A program made the translations under genes and the position numbers. Shown here in pieces: positions 48,024 to 48,284 of a DNA stretch of 48,284 bases; position 1 is the first letter of the stretch, and each line of letters starts with the position of its first letter. The DNA comes from Alphaproteobacteria bacterium (GTDB taxonomy: Bacteria; Pseudomonadota; Alphaproteobacteria; Rhizobiales; Aestuariivirgaceae), in NCBI GenBank assembly GCA_028868255.1, contig JAGWUY010000001.1, positions 1-48,284 of the forward strand. Reading direction: 5' to 3'. The notes under the pieces are model-generated. The model worked only from the letters and a program-made list of their open reading frames with translations, was not told the origin of the DNA and did no database searches.

Positions 48024-48284
48024 AGGGGTGAATTTTCGAGGTTGCTGCGCACGAAGCTGAGGCTTTGCGTCAATGCAGCCGCGCGGTTGGGGTCCGCCTG
48101 CACTGCAGTGTTAAAAGGTTCCATAGAAATAAAGCCATCAAAACCGGCCGCTTTCAGTACCCGCAACTGACGAATATTCTCAACGCGGTCAGTTGCACCA
48201 ATCAACACACGATCAGGCTCAGTCAATGCTGCGGCAGGCGAGTCTTGCCGCACGATGCCAGACATATGGGCAAGGCCAATGTGC
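48020..48284 (-). CDS. TIM-barrel sugar isomerase/epimerase (xylose isomerase-like), C-terminal part
   Basis: IGLAHMSG...DRVL...GF.G.ISMEPF pattern; ORF open to the window edge. Confidence 0.7.
   Translation of the reverse strand, partial: HIGLAHMSGIVRQDSPAAALTEPDRVLIGATDRVENIRQLRVLKAAGFDGFISMEPFNTAVQADPNRAAALTQSLSFVRSNLENSPL

Overview
Chromosomal window from an alphaproteobacterium, most likely Hyphomicrobiales. This rests on gene content: aceA with an SMc00767-like gene and RamB, aroC-fabI-pdxH, phoR-pstSCAB-phoU-phoB, and rhizobial-type REP elements. Left (1-9.7 kb): a catabolic region with a NicX-like dioxygenase, two APC permeases, a glutamine-synthetase-like ligase coupled to a cytochrome P450, a class I amidotransferase, TetR and a DmpA peptidase. 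Next come tRNA-Pro(CGG), the glyoxylate-shunt locus, bioY, gabT, frmA and a polysaccharide deacetylase. At 17956-18300 (- strand) is an unannotated ~345-nt element with nested long-range pairing and its own TTGACA promoter: a candidate large ncRNA and the top finding. A 154-bp palindromic repeat sits beside it. Then aroC, fabI, an ArsR/SRPBCC cluster, pdxH, a BrnT/BrnA-like TA pair, a Cys/Met PLP enzyme, an Ldh2-OYE-kinase operon, hpaR/hpaCB/AraC, the pho/pst operon (PhoR lacks a membrane anchor) and a sugar uptake/catabolism cluster. A shared ACTTAA-N4-TTAAGT palindrome may link the left amine cluster and hpaBC into one regulon. No integrase, transposase, CRISPR array or rRNA was seen. All calls come from motif recognition by eye; no database searches or folding programs were run.
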